A DNA stretch of 64,000 nt, from NCBI GenBank assembly GCA_040954595.2, contig CM082587.2, positions 1,951,000-2,014,999 of the forward strand. The letters run 5' to 3'. Positions 1-13,400 of the stretch are shown here, piece after piece; the stretch's first letter is position 1, and each line of letters starts with the position of its first letter. The position numbers were made by a program, and so were the translations under genes. Under the pieces are notes generated by a model. The model saw nothing but the letters and a program-made list of their open reading frames with translations, had not been told where the DNA came from and searched no databases. The stretch comes from Balanoglossus misakiensis (lineage: Eukaryota > Animalia > Hemichordata).

Positions 1-3000
1 AAAGAAGTTCGATTTGTTTGTGACGATGAACATAGACTGGTTGGACCAGAATTGCGCAAGTGTTTAGCCAATGGATACTGGTCTGGATTTCAACCATACT
101 GTGACCGTAAGTAGAAATATGAAAATATCTTATAAGGCACGAATATAATATTTTGCACTTTGAGTAAGTGACAGTAATGTTTAAAATAAACATATTATAA
201 AATGTTAATTAATTTCATAATTATCGTAATTTTACTTTCAGCTCCTCGTGATGTTAATGACATTGCATCAGATATTCGACGGGACTTCATTGACAAACTG
301 GAATTTTTCAGCACGTCAAGCCAAGGGCATCAGTCACTGGGTAGACTGGCTGTTGGACAAAGTCTTGGTCTGGATCTGGTCTTTGTCTTCGATCGTTCTT
401 CGAGTATTGATCCTGAAGATTTCCAGCGTGGAATGACGTTTGCAAAGCACATCATTGGCGAGTTTGGTGTGTCATACGAACAAGGTAACCTCACGTTTGT
501 TTGAGCCAAATTTCGTGAAACTGATAACAGCAAGAGTTGAGATATGTTTTGAATTTATGCAAATAAATTACATTTTCTTTTCTCAAATCTTAAACAGGCG
601 GAACTCGAGTGGCAGCTGTCACTTTTGCTTCCGAAGCAGCAATAGAATTCAATTTGGGTGACGAGTCAGTTAACACAACTCGCAAAGCTAAACAGCACTT
701 AAACCTTATTCAGGTAAGGCTCATTGAAACCATCCATCCTGGCTTCTCCACATAAAATTAGTTTTGTAGAGTATGTCTTCCCAAAGTAAGAATAACACCA
801 CTTTCAATGCTTGATTTGAACCTTCAATATTTCTTTCATATCAGTTCCATTGGTTTGTATGTTTGAAAGTGTAGCATTCAGTGAACAATATTTGGTGTTG
901 GTACAGTATAATGTACTTCTATTTTTGAAAACTACAGATGTGATAATTCAGTAATTTCTTTCATAATTATTGTGAACTTATATTTCACACAGGCTTTAGG
1001 GGGCGGCACAGCCATGAAGGAGGCCTTTGAACTTGTTGTAACAGAGGTCATTCCCAAAGTCAGAGAGGGGGCTAAAAAGGCCATGTTCATCGTTACAGAC
1101 GGCAAATCGAACTCCGGCAGCCCTATCGCATTTGCAACCCAACTACGGCATGAAAATGAATTTGAAATCTTCGCGATCGGGATCGGTAATGGAGTTGACC
1201 GAGATGAACTGAAAAAGATTGCATCGGAACCCTACACTTCACATGTCTTTCTCATCAGGCAATTTTTGGATCTGACTACCCTCACTGAGATTATTGCTGA
1301 GAAACGAACAGGTGGGGTGTGGCTTTCGTTTTTTGATCATTTGTGAGATTTTTCTTATGATATTATACAGGCTCAAAGAAAAGCTCTGACTAACCACTTA
1401 AGGATGTACGCGCAGAACATATAACTGCGCGCACCCATCTTCTTCCCATAGGATTACATTGAAAATCGCTAGAAAACAAACTTCTACTATTGTCACTTTC
1501 ACTCGAAGTTAGGTTGTAATGTATTAGTGTGTAAGATTGATCATGTTCATATCAACTTTTCTGTCAGACTACAATCGTTGCGGTGTTGCTGGCGATATAG
1601 AAGTTCGTGAACAACCAGGCCGTGTTGTTGGTGGTGATGTGGCCAATCGTGGTGCATGGCCATGGATTGCTGCAGTATACCATGACCATAAAACAAAAGG
1701 GTTGATGCTTAACTGTGGTGGTGCCTTGATATGTGAAAACTGGGTCTTAACAGCAGCTCATTGTTTGCTGAAAAAAAACGGTGATCTGGTTGGAGTAAAT
1801 AAGGTATGAATACAGTCGAACCTATCTATAGTGGCCAGTCAAGGGACTTTCCGAAACTGACCTTTATAGACAGGTGGCCTTTACAGACAGGTCAATTAAT
1901 GTGCATGTAAATTGGACAGGGACTGTAACAACGTGGCCATTATATAGAGGTGGTCACTGTATAGACGTGGTCACTAACTCAGGTTTGACTGTGTTACAGT
2001 TGAACTCAACTACACAGCAGCTGATCAAAGTGTCAGGCAATTAGTGAAGCCTTGCAAGACCTCATATTATGAGCAGAAAATCATCATCTATTGCTTGCCA
2101 TTACTGTATTTCAGCTCCTCGTTCAACTGGGCGAACATGAACGAGGCACAGACGAGGGATGCGAACAAACGATTCCCGTTGCCGAGTACAAGATTCCGGA
2201 GCAATTCAACCCAGACTCACATGACTATGACGTGGCTTTACTTCGACTTGCTCAACCTGCAAAACTTACCAGCTGGGTACGAACTCTTTGTCTACCAAAT
2301 AGTAAGTATGAACAACTGGCTAATTATATTTGCAGTGTCTTCTCCCTGTCAAGCCAAGTTTAGCTTAAATGTATATCACTCCAAACGGCACATATGATAT
2401 TATAGCTCCGCGTTCAACAGTATGACAGGGTTGAGGTATCTTTAATCAATGCGTGTCATGTGAATGATTGTATGACAAATCAGTTTGTTTTTTGTCCAGA
2501 CCTAGATCGTCACACAATTCGGCCCAACACGGGTGAATGCTACATAGCCGGATGGGGGGCAGCCTCGAGGACAGACACTGGAGATGTTGGTGAACCATCT
2601 ATCTTTCTGAAGCAGCTGGAGATGCCTCTAGTGGCGAAAGAAACTTGTCAGCGATCAACTAATGTCCCTATCACAGACAGGATGCAATGTGCTGGTCACA
2701 GGTATATGTGCACTCTTTTCAGAATGCTATCAGCTTTAGAGACTATATATTTCCACTTTTTAAAAATGACAGTGTTTCAAGGTATGACTGGTATGGTGCA
2801 TTTTGATGCATATCTGTTTGTGGGGTAGCATCAATCTGATTAAAATCAGATGTAGGTACTGCGAAGTCTTTCACGTATGATAGCATATAAGGAATACTGT
2901 ACATATCGCACATGTGAAAGACAATGCTGTACTCATGGGATAGTATATGAAATTTGTATAGATTACAATCAAAAATACATTATACCCCCTCCAAGTAATC

Positions 3001-3314
3001 TGGCATCATTTGAAAAGATAAGTATCGTAGTTTCAGCAAAATATCAGGGTTAACACTGCACCACATAATGTAATTGCAGGTTCAAACTGAAAGACTCATG
3101 TCGAGGAGATTCTGGTGGACCATTGGTCTGTCGTCGCCAGGACGACACATTTTCTGCCATTGGTATTGTGACAAAGGGAGAAGAATGTGCCCAGGCCAAC
3201 AAATACGGTATCTACACCGACGTTTTTGCTTTCAACGACTGGATCAATGAAATGACTGATGGCTGCAATCAACGTGACGACAAGGATGAAAACGAACCAG
3301 TCAATGATGAGTAA
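1..3314 (+). CDS. Complement factor B/C2-like protease, paralog 1 (5'-truncated by the window): CCP - vWA - trypsin-like serine protease
   Basis: Phase-consistent GT-AG exons: 1-106 (CCP: [30 protein letters not shown]), 242-484, 598-713, 993-1311 (vWA with MIDAS DRSSS...GGGTA...VTDGKSN), 1568-1803 (R-VVGG, TAAHC), 2115-2301 (DYDVALL), 2500-2701, 3080-3314 ([10 protein letters not shown], stop TAA). CCP+vWA+SP is the diagnostic Bf/C2 architecture. Confidence 0.93.
1813..1991. mobile_element. Short Tc1/mariner-type MITE in an intron of Bf paralog 1
   Basis: Imperfect terminal inverted repeats CAGTCGAACCT...AGGTTTGACTG, TA on the left flank, internal sub-repeats (tatagacaggtggcc-like). Confidence 0.65.
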
Positions 3315-4440
3315 GACTGGTGGACATTTGACGCAATGCATGCAGGCCAAAGCCGTTACTAGAACACACAAATATCTCATAAACAGACTCCAAAACACAC
3401 CTGAACAGCAGTTCAAGGTAGTTGTAGGTGCCCCCAAGTACATGTACCCACAGCTTGTACCTTTTAATAATGAAGAGAAAGTTCAGTTTGGCCAGCTTTG
3501 GGTTTGGTTATTCATGTGAAGCCAGTTTTTGCCATCTACAACTTCTGTGATTTTGAATCATGGTAACAAAGGTGCCTATGTATGTCTTTGGGTTTAAAAA
3601 TATAGCCACATGCTGAGTTCAGGCAGCCTTTGACTGTTGACCAGCTATACTTCTTATCTACATCACTATAAACTGCGCATAGACCCTAGCATCACTGATT
3701 ACTATGGTCAACAATTGTTAATGTGGCAAAACAAAGCTTGGTCTCATTACTGATTGAAAAACACCACTGTTCTCATGGAAGTTTATTATTGCTGGATGTG
3801 TCATGAAGGTTTATGTGTGCATAAGCTATATGCTTATATCAGGTGTGATAATTAATGTTTAGATCACATGTTTATCTCCTCAGACAGTAAGCTGCACACC
3901 TTTTAATCTTTTCAATTCAGCACCTCTTGAAAACAAACAGCCAGCATGAAGAATTAAGATTGTAAAATTAATGTGTAACACAGTGTATGTTGTGAAGTCT
4001 GCATATTTCCTATCTCTGACAAAATTGAAATGGGAAATTGCAAAATACATGTAATGTGATCAGTGTTTTCTTACAGAAAGAATGTCAATTAAAGAATTAT
4101 TTAACGTTAAATATGTATCATTGTGTAGAAAACGGTGACAAAATATTGATACTGACATGTTTAATGAACTTTATTTTCAGTAAAGTGCTGAATACACATG
4201 TATATGGAAATGCAGGTTGCCTGATTTTTCTCAAATCATAATATTGTACTACTATATTAGCAATAAAAATCAGTATAACTAAATAAAAATAATAGTGACA
4301 TATTTTATTTGGACAAATATACAAGTGGTGAAACCACTTGTAAAGTAAAATTAATAGCTACATATTTTATCTGGACAAATATAAAAGGTAAAAGGTTTTC
4401 AATATTGAGTCATATTTGTTGAGTATGTTTGGTAATAAAA

Positions 4441-7400
4441 CTAGGTGCATAAGTAAAGAGAGCGGGGAGACAGCAATTGACAATAGTCAGATGACTGCTC
4501 AGGACAGCTGGCTGCAACTGTGCCGTCAGACAAACTGAAGCGACGCTGGCAGTCACGGTTAGATTGCAGGTCTGCTTGCAGCTTGTCGTCCCAAATCCTG
4601 ACAAACGTGCCTTTGTCAATCATGGGTAGGGCATGGTTGAACTGTGTGATGACCATGAGATAGGATGCGTCTAACTGCCGTATGTGAGGACACTGGCATG
4701 GGTCAATGTGGTATTCCAGGGTACTCGTCATCCAACAATGGTGTTCACACAAATCACCACGCAATACTTTCTCTATGGTGATATTGAACTGAGTTCCAGT
4801 GGAATACTCTAGGATATTTTCAACCTTGGCTTTGATAGCTGTAAGATATAAATACAAGCACCTCTAGTTTACATACATTCCATATAGTTTATTGGTCTCG
4901 TGACAACCATATAGTTGTATATTTTTCACAAAGCTACCCAAATGAAAATCTGTAATAGGCTTGATCTAAACTTGCTTAACTACAGCAACTGTGTGGGTCA
5001 TTATTTCATGCATCAACTCTTTCCCTGTTGAAAATATACACTATATAATGCCTGACTCCAGACTAAGTACACGTACCTTGCACAAATCTTCTCACAACCA
5101 TATACCGGTATGGTGCCGATGATCCTCACTTACATATAAGGTATTGTCACTTCAAAATGTAGTTCAACACTTTACGTAACTCTTCGCTACGGCGCAAATT
5201 TTGGAAAACTTGCCAAGCACGATACTCTCTCTTGACAATCACTTTACCAAATTGAAACGACTGTTATCCGAAAAAGATAACAGACTATTTCAAACCAATG
5301 CAATATGCTGCCAAAGGGATCTTTTTAACAAGATGTTCTACCCCTTGCAATACTGTTTCAAAACCTTATTAGGGGGCCATTTTGATCTTTTCTAGCAAAC
5401 TTTTGAACAGACTTTGTTCAAATACATGTCACAAATAATATATAATGTCATACACAAATAACTTCATGCATATCTGTTCTTGAGCAGCTTTGTCAAAGCT
5501 TGGGCAGATACTGAATCTGTTAATCTCATTGCAAATCTTAATACATACCATATTGGGCAAGCCGACAAGCTGTGACCAAATCCATAGTTGATTCACAGGG
5601 CTTGCAGCTTGCTGAAGTAAAAGAAAATTTGAAAAATAAATATTGGCCCCTGGTGTCAGCATTGAGGTGTGTTTATTTTCTTGCAAAGAAATTTCTTGTT
5701 GATAGCAACATGACTTGGAAATCTAACTCACTTTTTCCTGGGCATTTAATCATACAGTCATCTCTGGTGTTGAAGTTGTTTTCATTTCCACCACATCCGG
5801 AGTAGACAAATTTGGTGCAGGTGTTGGCACTGACGTTGTACGCCCATTTCTCCACACTTCCACTGCATGGTCCTCTTACAATAGTCTTTGTACATGCATT
5901 ACCTGTTCAATTAATGCATAAAAAAAACTGTTGCGGAAATCTTTTGGCATCAAAGGGAACCCAGAGAAGTCTCATAGACATATTTTATAACACACCTAAG
6001 TCACAATTCCACTGCAAGCTTTAAATCAGGTCAATTATCGGTTTGAATAGATACTGAGGTAATCCTAGATTTTATAATGAAACAATGGCAAAAAAGAAAG
6101 AAGTCTTACTGCAATCTCTGTTGCATTCAACTAGTGATGGGAAGCCATATTCTCCTGGTACACATTCATCCTCTTGGACATGTTTGCACTTGTACTCCTT
6201 GTCATCCCAATAATAAACAGCATTACAAGTACCATGATGAGGAACAGGCTTCAGTTGACATAAACCAGCTGCAAATTTAAAAAAAAAATAAACAATGCAT
6301 GGCAACATATTGAGTTACATGTTTACATTCGCCAGATTGCTAATGTGACCTGTTGCCTGTATTAAAGGATAAACAGCCTAATTAATTACTATCGTTCCCA
6401 TCTGGATTCGAACGATAATGTTGATCTAAATGTTACCATACTTGCACATTTGGTTTGCCAAGTTGTTCCTTATCTTACTTCAGTTTCGGCGCCCAGTTGT
6501 TGATGTTGCGGTAAATTCAAAGAGGTTATATCGAGATTGATTACAATACTAACAGTGGGGTATTACGGGTGTCGTAAGAGGATCGTCTTACACTTCACAT
6601 TGCTTGCTAAAGCAAGACTTTTATCTACGCATGCTTTTACCACACACAGGGCTATTAAATAAAGTCAGGGTAGCGCCAATCAGTTGACTCGTTTTATTGT
6701 CTTATTTAAACAAACTGGCGAAGCATCCTACCGGGTAAGAAACCATTAATCCTGTTTGTGTTTGCCGCAAAGCATATAAACTGTACAACAACTGTAGCAA
6801 AGTTGGAATCAACTTCACAAACCAATTACACAAGTGTGATAACATTTAGATCAACATTATCGTTCGAATCCAGATGGGAACGACAGTAAACATGCAAATG
6901 ACCTATTAGTAGGCATACCAAATCAGAACCAAAAGACAGGAATGATCACAATTTCACATACCTCTTGTACACACGCCATCATGAGCCTTGCGAATGGTGG
7001 TTTCACGTTCACACTCTTCCACAGCAAGATGACATTGACTTTGATAAGTGATGGCATCCTGTCCGCAAACTGGACCATCATCAGTCGGACACTGACTGGG
7101 ATTTAAACACAGACACACTGCATCTGCACCAGACAGCTGGCAGTACTGTCCTTCTCCGCAGTTCACAAAGTTGCATTTACCTAAAGCCAAGTCATGTAAT
7201 ATACGGACATTAGCATGGGTGTACTATTAGGCAAGCACTTGTAACGTGCAGATGAAGCTGCCAAAGAAAACAACAGCTTTGTGCTTTATTCCTTTGAAAA
7301 GTTACTGACGTCATTACGCTATGAGTGAACACTTTCATGTGTAGGAAATGAGACAGTCTCCATCAATTCATACTGACTTACTTTCACATGTTGGAGGCTC

Positions 7401-10400
7401 ACTACTCCAAAAGCCATTCATTTGGCAATGGAGGAGACTCTGACCTATTAAGTCATACCCAAGATCACAGGTAAACTCCAGAGACTGTCCAACCAATCCC
7501 TCGTGTCTGGAATTGCCAGTGTGATAGCCATTCTCCGGGAAAGTAACTTCACCACAGCTGTACACTGTTGAAAAAATAAATGCACTTGTTCTTTATTACA
7601 GTAGAGAGTCCACAATGACAAAATCTAGGCTTAGCTTGATCTGTTGCCTGGCACGGCTCAAAATTCATTTTTTGGCTGGTCAAATGATGAAGGCCTAACA
7701 TAAAATCCTAAACCAACAATGAGATAGCCATCACAAATACCTTGACAGATGGGTGCACTTTCTGTCCATATACCATTGTACTGACATACTCTCTCTTCAG
7801 AACCAATCAGCTGATATCGCTCGCTGCATTGATATCTGATATGTGTTCCCACTTTAGTGTCCATTCCTATAATTACACCATTCTCTGGAAACACTAAATC
7901 CGGACACTCTTCTGCAAATCAAAATGGACACACACACATAATGGGCAATCAAAACATGATGACTTTTAATTTTATCGAGCATTCATCAGATTAAGAGTAA
8001 ATGAATTTCAAAGTTCAACACATCAGTGAAAATTTACAGAATATAGTAGTTTTACCACGTTATCGAAAGTTCATCTGAGAAATGATTTGCTATATTCACA
8101 CTTGGTGGAATATTTAAAATCAATCATGAAATGACAGCATTCACCATCTCATTATTGATAAAATAATTCAATTTTTATTCTGTGTATCTAATGACTTACT
8201 AAGTACTTGTATGATAACTTCAAACGCAATTGTGTCGGTTCCACACTGGTATCTTCCGGAGTGGTAAGAAGATACAGACGGGATGGCAAAACGTAAAGTT
8301 GATTCTTCTGAAAACAGGGCATACTGCTCAAATGACCCACCAACTCTGCCATACAATTACAAAGATAACTGTGATGAGAAAAAACTCAGCTATACCATTC
8401 ACTGCCATACTGGTAAAGTTTAAACAGAATTTTTTATTTGTTCTGACAATGAAAATTATAATATAAAAATTGCAATGCATGTATCACTATAAAAGAAAAA
8501 AATGGTGCATGGTTCATGATTCACATAGAGTTTGTGGAGGAAAAGAGTATAAGAACAGAAATTTACCTTTCACCATTTTCATGTATCCTGTACCAACGAA
8601 GATCAGCGCTTGAGACTACACTGATGTCATTGCTGATCACTTTACAATCCAAGAAAATGTCTCTGCCTTTATAGATTGGGATGACATCACCGTTCCTGAC
8701 AGACCTTGAGCCAAGCTTGACTTCTATATCTGATGCTACATTGTACATAGAATATTCATATTAAATTTAAAATTATATATTCTTAAGAAATGTCTACAAA
8801 GGATTCATGACTGACAGACATAAGACCATTTCAGTCAATATGAGTGAATGGGAGTCACTTAGTTGGAAGGATTGTAATAAGGCCAGTTTTTATCATCCGA
8901 GCAGCTGCGTAAGGAAAGAAAGAAGGAAAGAAAAAAGGAAAGAAACTTCATATAGATGAATGCAAATTGTAACTGTATACACAAACCTGGAAGACACTGT
9001 GGTGGTTCACTATCCCACTGTCCATTTTGTTGGCAAACACACTTGTCCGTGCCATACATGGCGTAATTTTGATCACATCCAAAAGTTACTTTGGTCCCCA
9101 CAGTGTACGTGCCATCACTTGTGCCACCGTTTTCAACGTCACTCACTTCGCCAAAGAGTGAGGGTGTCAGAGTCGGGCACAAAACTGAAAAAAAAGTTGA
9201 ATCATGAAACCATTCATGTGGTACAAAATACAGTCTGTAAACTGAAGAGTAAATTTCACTGTATTTTTAGCAGCTGACAAGATTCATCAAAATAAGAACT
9301 TCCTTGTGGCTCTCACTGAAATCATCATCAGTCTGAACTCTCGGCATTGTGAGGTCTGCAAAGTATTGTGCAAAGTATCCAACAACCAGTCATCTGACCG
9401 GATAATCGCTGATGCGACTTTTTCCCTAGGGAAACAGTCATTCTTATTTTCCTAACACGAGACTGATTCCAGCAAACCACGATATATTATCCTAAACAGT
9501 CTTGTAAAATATAAAAAAACATCAAACGGTATAACTTACTAGGGATACATTGTGGTATCACCCCCGTCCAGATCCCATCTATGCACTCAACGGTATCCAG
9601 AGATGTGTCACTTAATCGGAAGCCATATTGACAATAGAATGTCTGTGTTGCTCTAAATTCACTATGGTAGACACAGCTACCGTATCCATTATCAGGATCT
9701 GGCAGACCGTCTCCTGTGCATACTGACAATACAAGTAAATAATTACAAGTAACATGATATGCGTTGTAAACATGAATTCACAGGCATTCTCTAAAGAGTG
9801 TTTTCTCTCTAAGCAGATACACATAAATCTCGATCCCAGCAACTAAAATTTATTGCCATTGTCAATTGGGAGTACCGTAGGTCAGCCTAGTCAGCAATGG
9901 TTAAAACCTCTACTCAAACACATATGTCGTGTTATTATCACACTACATTGCTACTTGCTACTCACATTTGTTACACATGGGTAATTGACCAGCCCAGCTG
10001 CCGTCTGCTTGACATGTTTTGATGAGGTCACCACTGAGTCTGTATCCAGACTTGCACACAAACATCACCGACTCATCAATATCAAAGAACACATTGGGGT
10101 TTACTTTGACATGCCCATCAACTTTCAGTCTTGGATCAGGACATTTAGCTGTTGAGGGACAAAAAATATATTCTGTACTATCAGTGACTCACTCTACTGT
10201 AAACACACACTTCCACTAAATGTGAAAAACACAAAACTGTGCAGTAAATTGTTGCAGTCTGTGATTTGCCTGCAAGAACACCAACTGCACAGTTGTAACG
10301 TATGGCATTCAATAAAGTAGATTTTCCATTTCCATGCACACTGTACATACAGTACATTATGAATACAAATTACGAATGCAGAATCCTAATACACTTCCTA

Positions 10401-13400
10401 CATGAATGTGTACTAGTATTTCTATACACATATAATGTACTGAGTGGCCAAACTACCTTATTTTTGCCCAGGAGCTAATTCAATCACTCAACTTCTTGAA
10501 TAATACCCACTTACGCAAAACTTGAATTGTAATCTTGCTGTACTCAGTTGGTTCAACTTGTGGTACTTCAAATATTCCGCATCGATATTCCCCTTGATCT
10601 TCAAGCTGAATCCGGGTAAGGATGGCACGATACCATGATCTAGAGCGGCCTTATATAAGACATAAGATATCAAGTAACAGTTATGAATACAATATTGCTG
10701 GGAAAAGCTGGTCTTTCAAGTGGTAATTTCTCCTCATTTACTTACATGTATTTACAAGGCAAAACTATAGAATCACTACTTAATTCCTGAAGCCTTACTA
10801 CAGACCCTTACATACTGCACCTTGCCATTTGGATGACTTTGCCGTTATGATGTACCTTGTCAAGGCTTGCAATTGCTGACAAATACAAATGAGGATCCCC
10901 CAAAATTTTAACATCCTTCATGTCAAAACGACAAGCTGCAGTAAATTCTATAATGATTCTCTTGTCAGATATGGTATAATACTAAAAAATATTCACCGAT
11001 AGGAAACTGGGTTGGTCTGCTTGATTGTCCTGACCGGAACCACTTGCTATCACCTTTCCAACGTTCACTAGCAGGAATAAAGCAATCTAAAGCAACACTA
11101 TCCCATTGGTTGACAGTAAGAACTCGGCCTTCTATGGACGGTGGACGTGTCTTCACTTCATAAGTTGAAGAACCTGATGAGTCTGTGAAATTTGAACAGA
11201 ATTACTTTCACTTTTAAACAGAATGCTGATCTAAGAATCAACCGTTTTTTAAATGTGTCTTAGTGAATGAGGAAGATATTTTTCACAATCACTAGTAACA
11301 CAAACACACACACATGCATGCACACATACCAACATCTATCCATCCATCCATCACAGGAATAATAATAACAATGTAATAATTATATCTTACCAAAGATGCA
11401 GTTTGGCACATCCGTAGACTGCCACTGTCCAGTTGTTACATCACACTTGATTAAGCCATGTCCAACCAATGTGTAATCTGCCTTACAACGATACTCCACC
11501 TCTTCTACAAAACCATAGCCTTGCTTCATGCCGACGATGGTGTGTTCTTGGTCTTCAGGCAATGGAAGTGCATCACAACTATCTGTTGATGATAATGTTG
11601 ACACAAAAATCACTTCATGATGGTTGCCAGACAACCATTTTTAATCACACATCGATTGTGATCTTTTCTGACCTTAAAAAAACTTCAGGAATGTTCTACA
11701 CAGACACTTACAGACACATGATGTGACTTTTGTCGTTCCACTCCAAGTACCATCAAGGTTGCATTGTCTGGTGTCTGATCCAACCATCAACATCGCGTCA
11801 CTTTCACACGTAAATTGGACGACATCACCAACAGTGTAAGTATCTGAAGTTCCTGTCATTATCACACCAAATCCTTTCTCTGGTTCTCCACAAACAATTT
11901 CTTGGAGAAAAAAAAGTGTAAATAGGACATTAAACTGTCACTGTTCAACAAAATGTATGTAATTAATCAACTAAGTTTATTTCAGCATGAATTATGTGGC
12001 ATTTTATTTGCATTTTATATTCAAAAGGTATCAGGATTTAATAAACACAAATGCATGTAATAACTTACTTGGTAATAATATCTATTAGACTTTCAATGGT
12101 CCAAAAGACTATGATATCCTATTAGAGGCATGTACAAATATGCCATGCACACTAACCTTGACATATAGGTAGTTTGTCAGTCCATGTTCCATCAGAAAGA
12201 CACACGATTGTGTCAGCTCCAATTAACTGATAGTCCATGGCACATGTAAATGAGATCCTGCTACCAAACGTAACTGAGATTGGACCAACAGTATTCAGTG
12301 CCATTGACTGTATGTCAATCTCGGGACACTCTGCAGCTACAGAAATAGCAATAATAACGTAAAATAGAAGAATAAATATAATAAATAAATGAATAGATAA
12401 ACAAAAAAAACATAAAAAACACATCTCTGATGACCTTATTGCTTAAAGGGACAAAATCTCTCTCTCGCTGCCCTTTTTTCCATTAATTATATTTGATACA
12501 AGACACCGTTTGTTATTCTACATGTGGATATTTAGTGAATCAACGTTCAACCACACACAACTTCCATCCCTCTTATAGACAGGAGAGTGAAAAAACTCGC
12601 CAAAATGAATAATCGTTCTTTACTATTTATTCATTTTGGGCGAATTTTTATTCTCATATCATACAAGTGGGATGGAAGTTATGTGTGGTTGATCATTGAT
12701 TCACTATATATCCACATTTACATTAACATAACCAGTGTCTTGTATCAAACATAATTAATGGAAAAGGGGCAGCTGGAGAGAGACTTTGTCCCTTTAATTT
12801 ATACTTACCTTGACATACATGTGCATGCTGGTCACTCCATGATCTGTCAGCCTGGCAGTGTGATATGAAGGGAGATGGCACTAATTCATAGCCGCTTTCA
12901 CATCTGACATTCACAGCACTGGAATATGTGAAGTCATAGGTGTCCAGTAGTCCATGCTCAGGTATATCTGGAGTTCCACATGACACTTCTGCAACACAAA
13001 ATACAAGACAGGAATGAGAAGTTTACCACAGACATTCCTGTACAGATATTGAACTACTATTGCACCAGTAGAACCATACCACTTTATTCAATTTATTGTA
13101 TACACTTTTATTCTCCCCCTACATACACAAGACATTGGGGATAAAGTTCAACATAATATTTTACAAAATATAAGATTCACTCACTCCAGCAGGCATTCTC
13201 AACTTGGGACCACATTCCATCTGCCTGACAAGTCATGTAAGATTTCGAACTGATGAGATAATATCCATCTCGACAGCCAAATTCAATCTCTGCTCCAATT
13301 TCAGCGGTGCCAATAATATCTGATTCATCAAATCTGAAGTCATCCATATACAACAGTTCAGATTTATCACAGCCGACAGAATCTGGAAGAAACATTTAAA

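Noticed and set aside
5429-5520. Cys-containing ORF segment (ICPSFDKAAQEQIC) as a possible NTR exon
   Set aside because: Phase-incompatible; exon 5549-5611 provides the NTR start and joins 4838 in frame.
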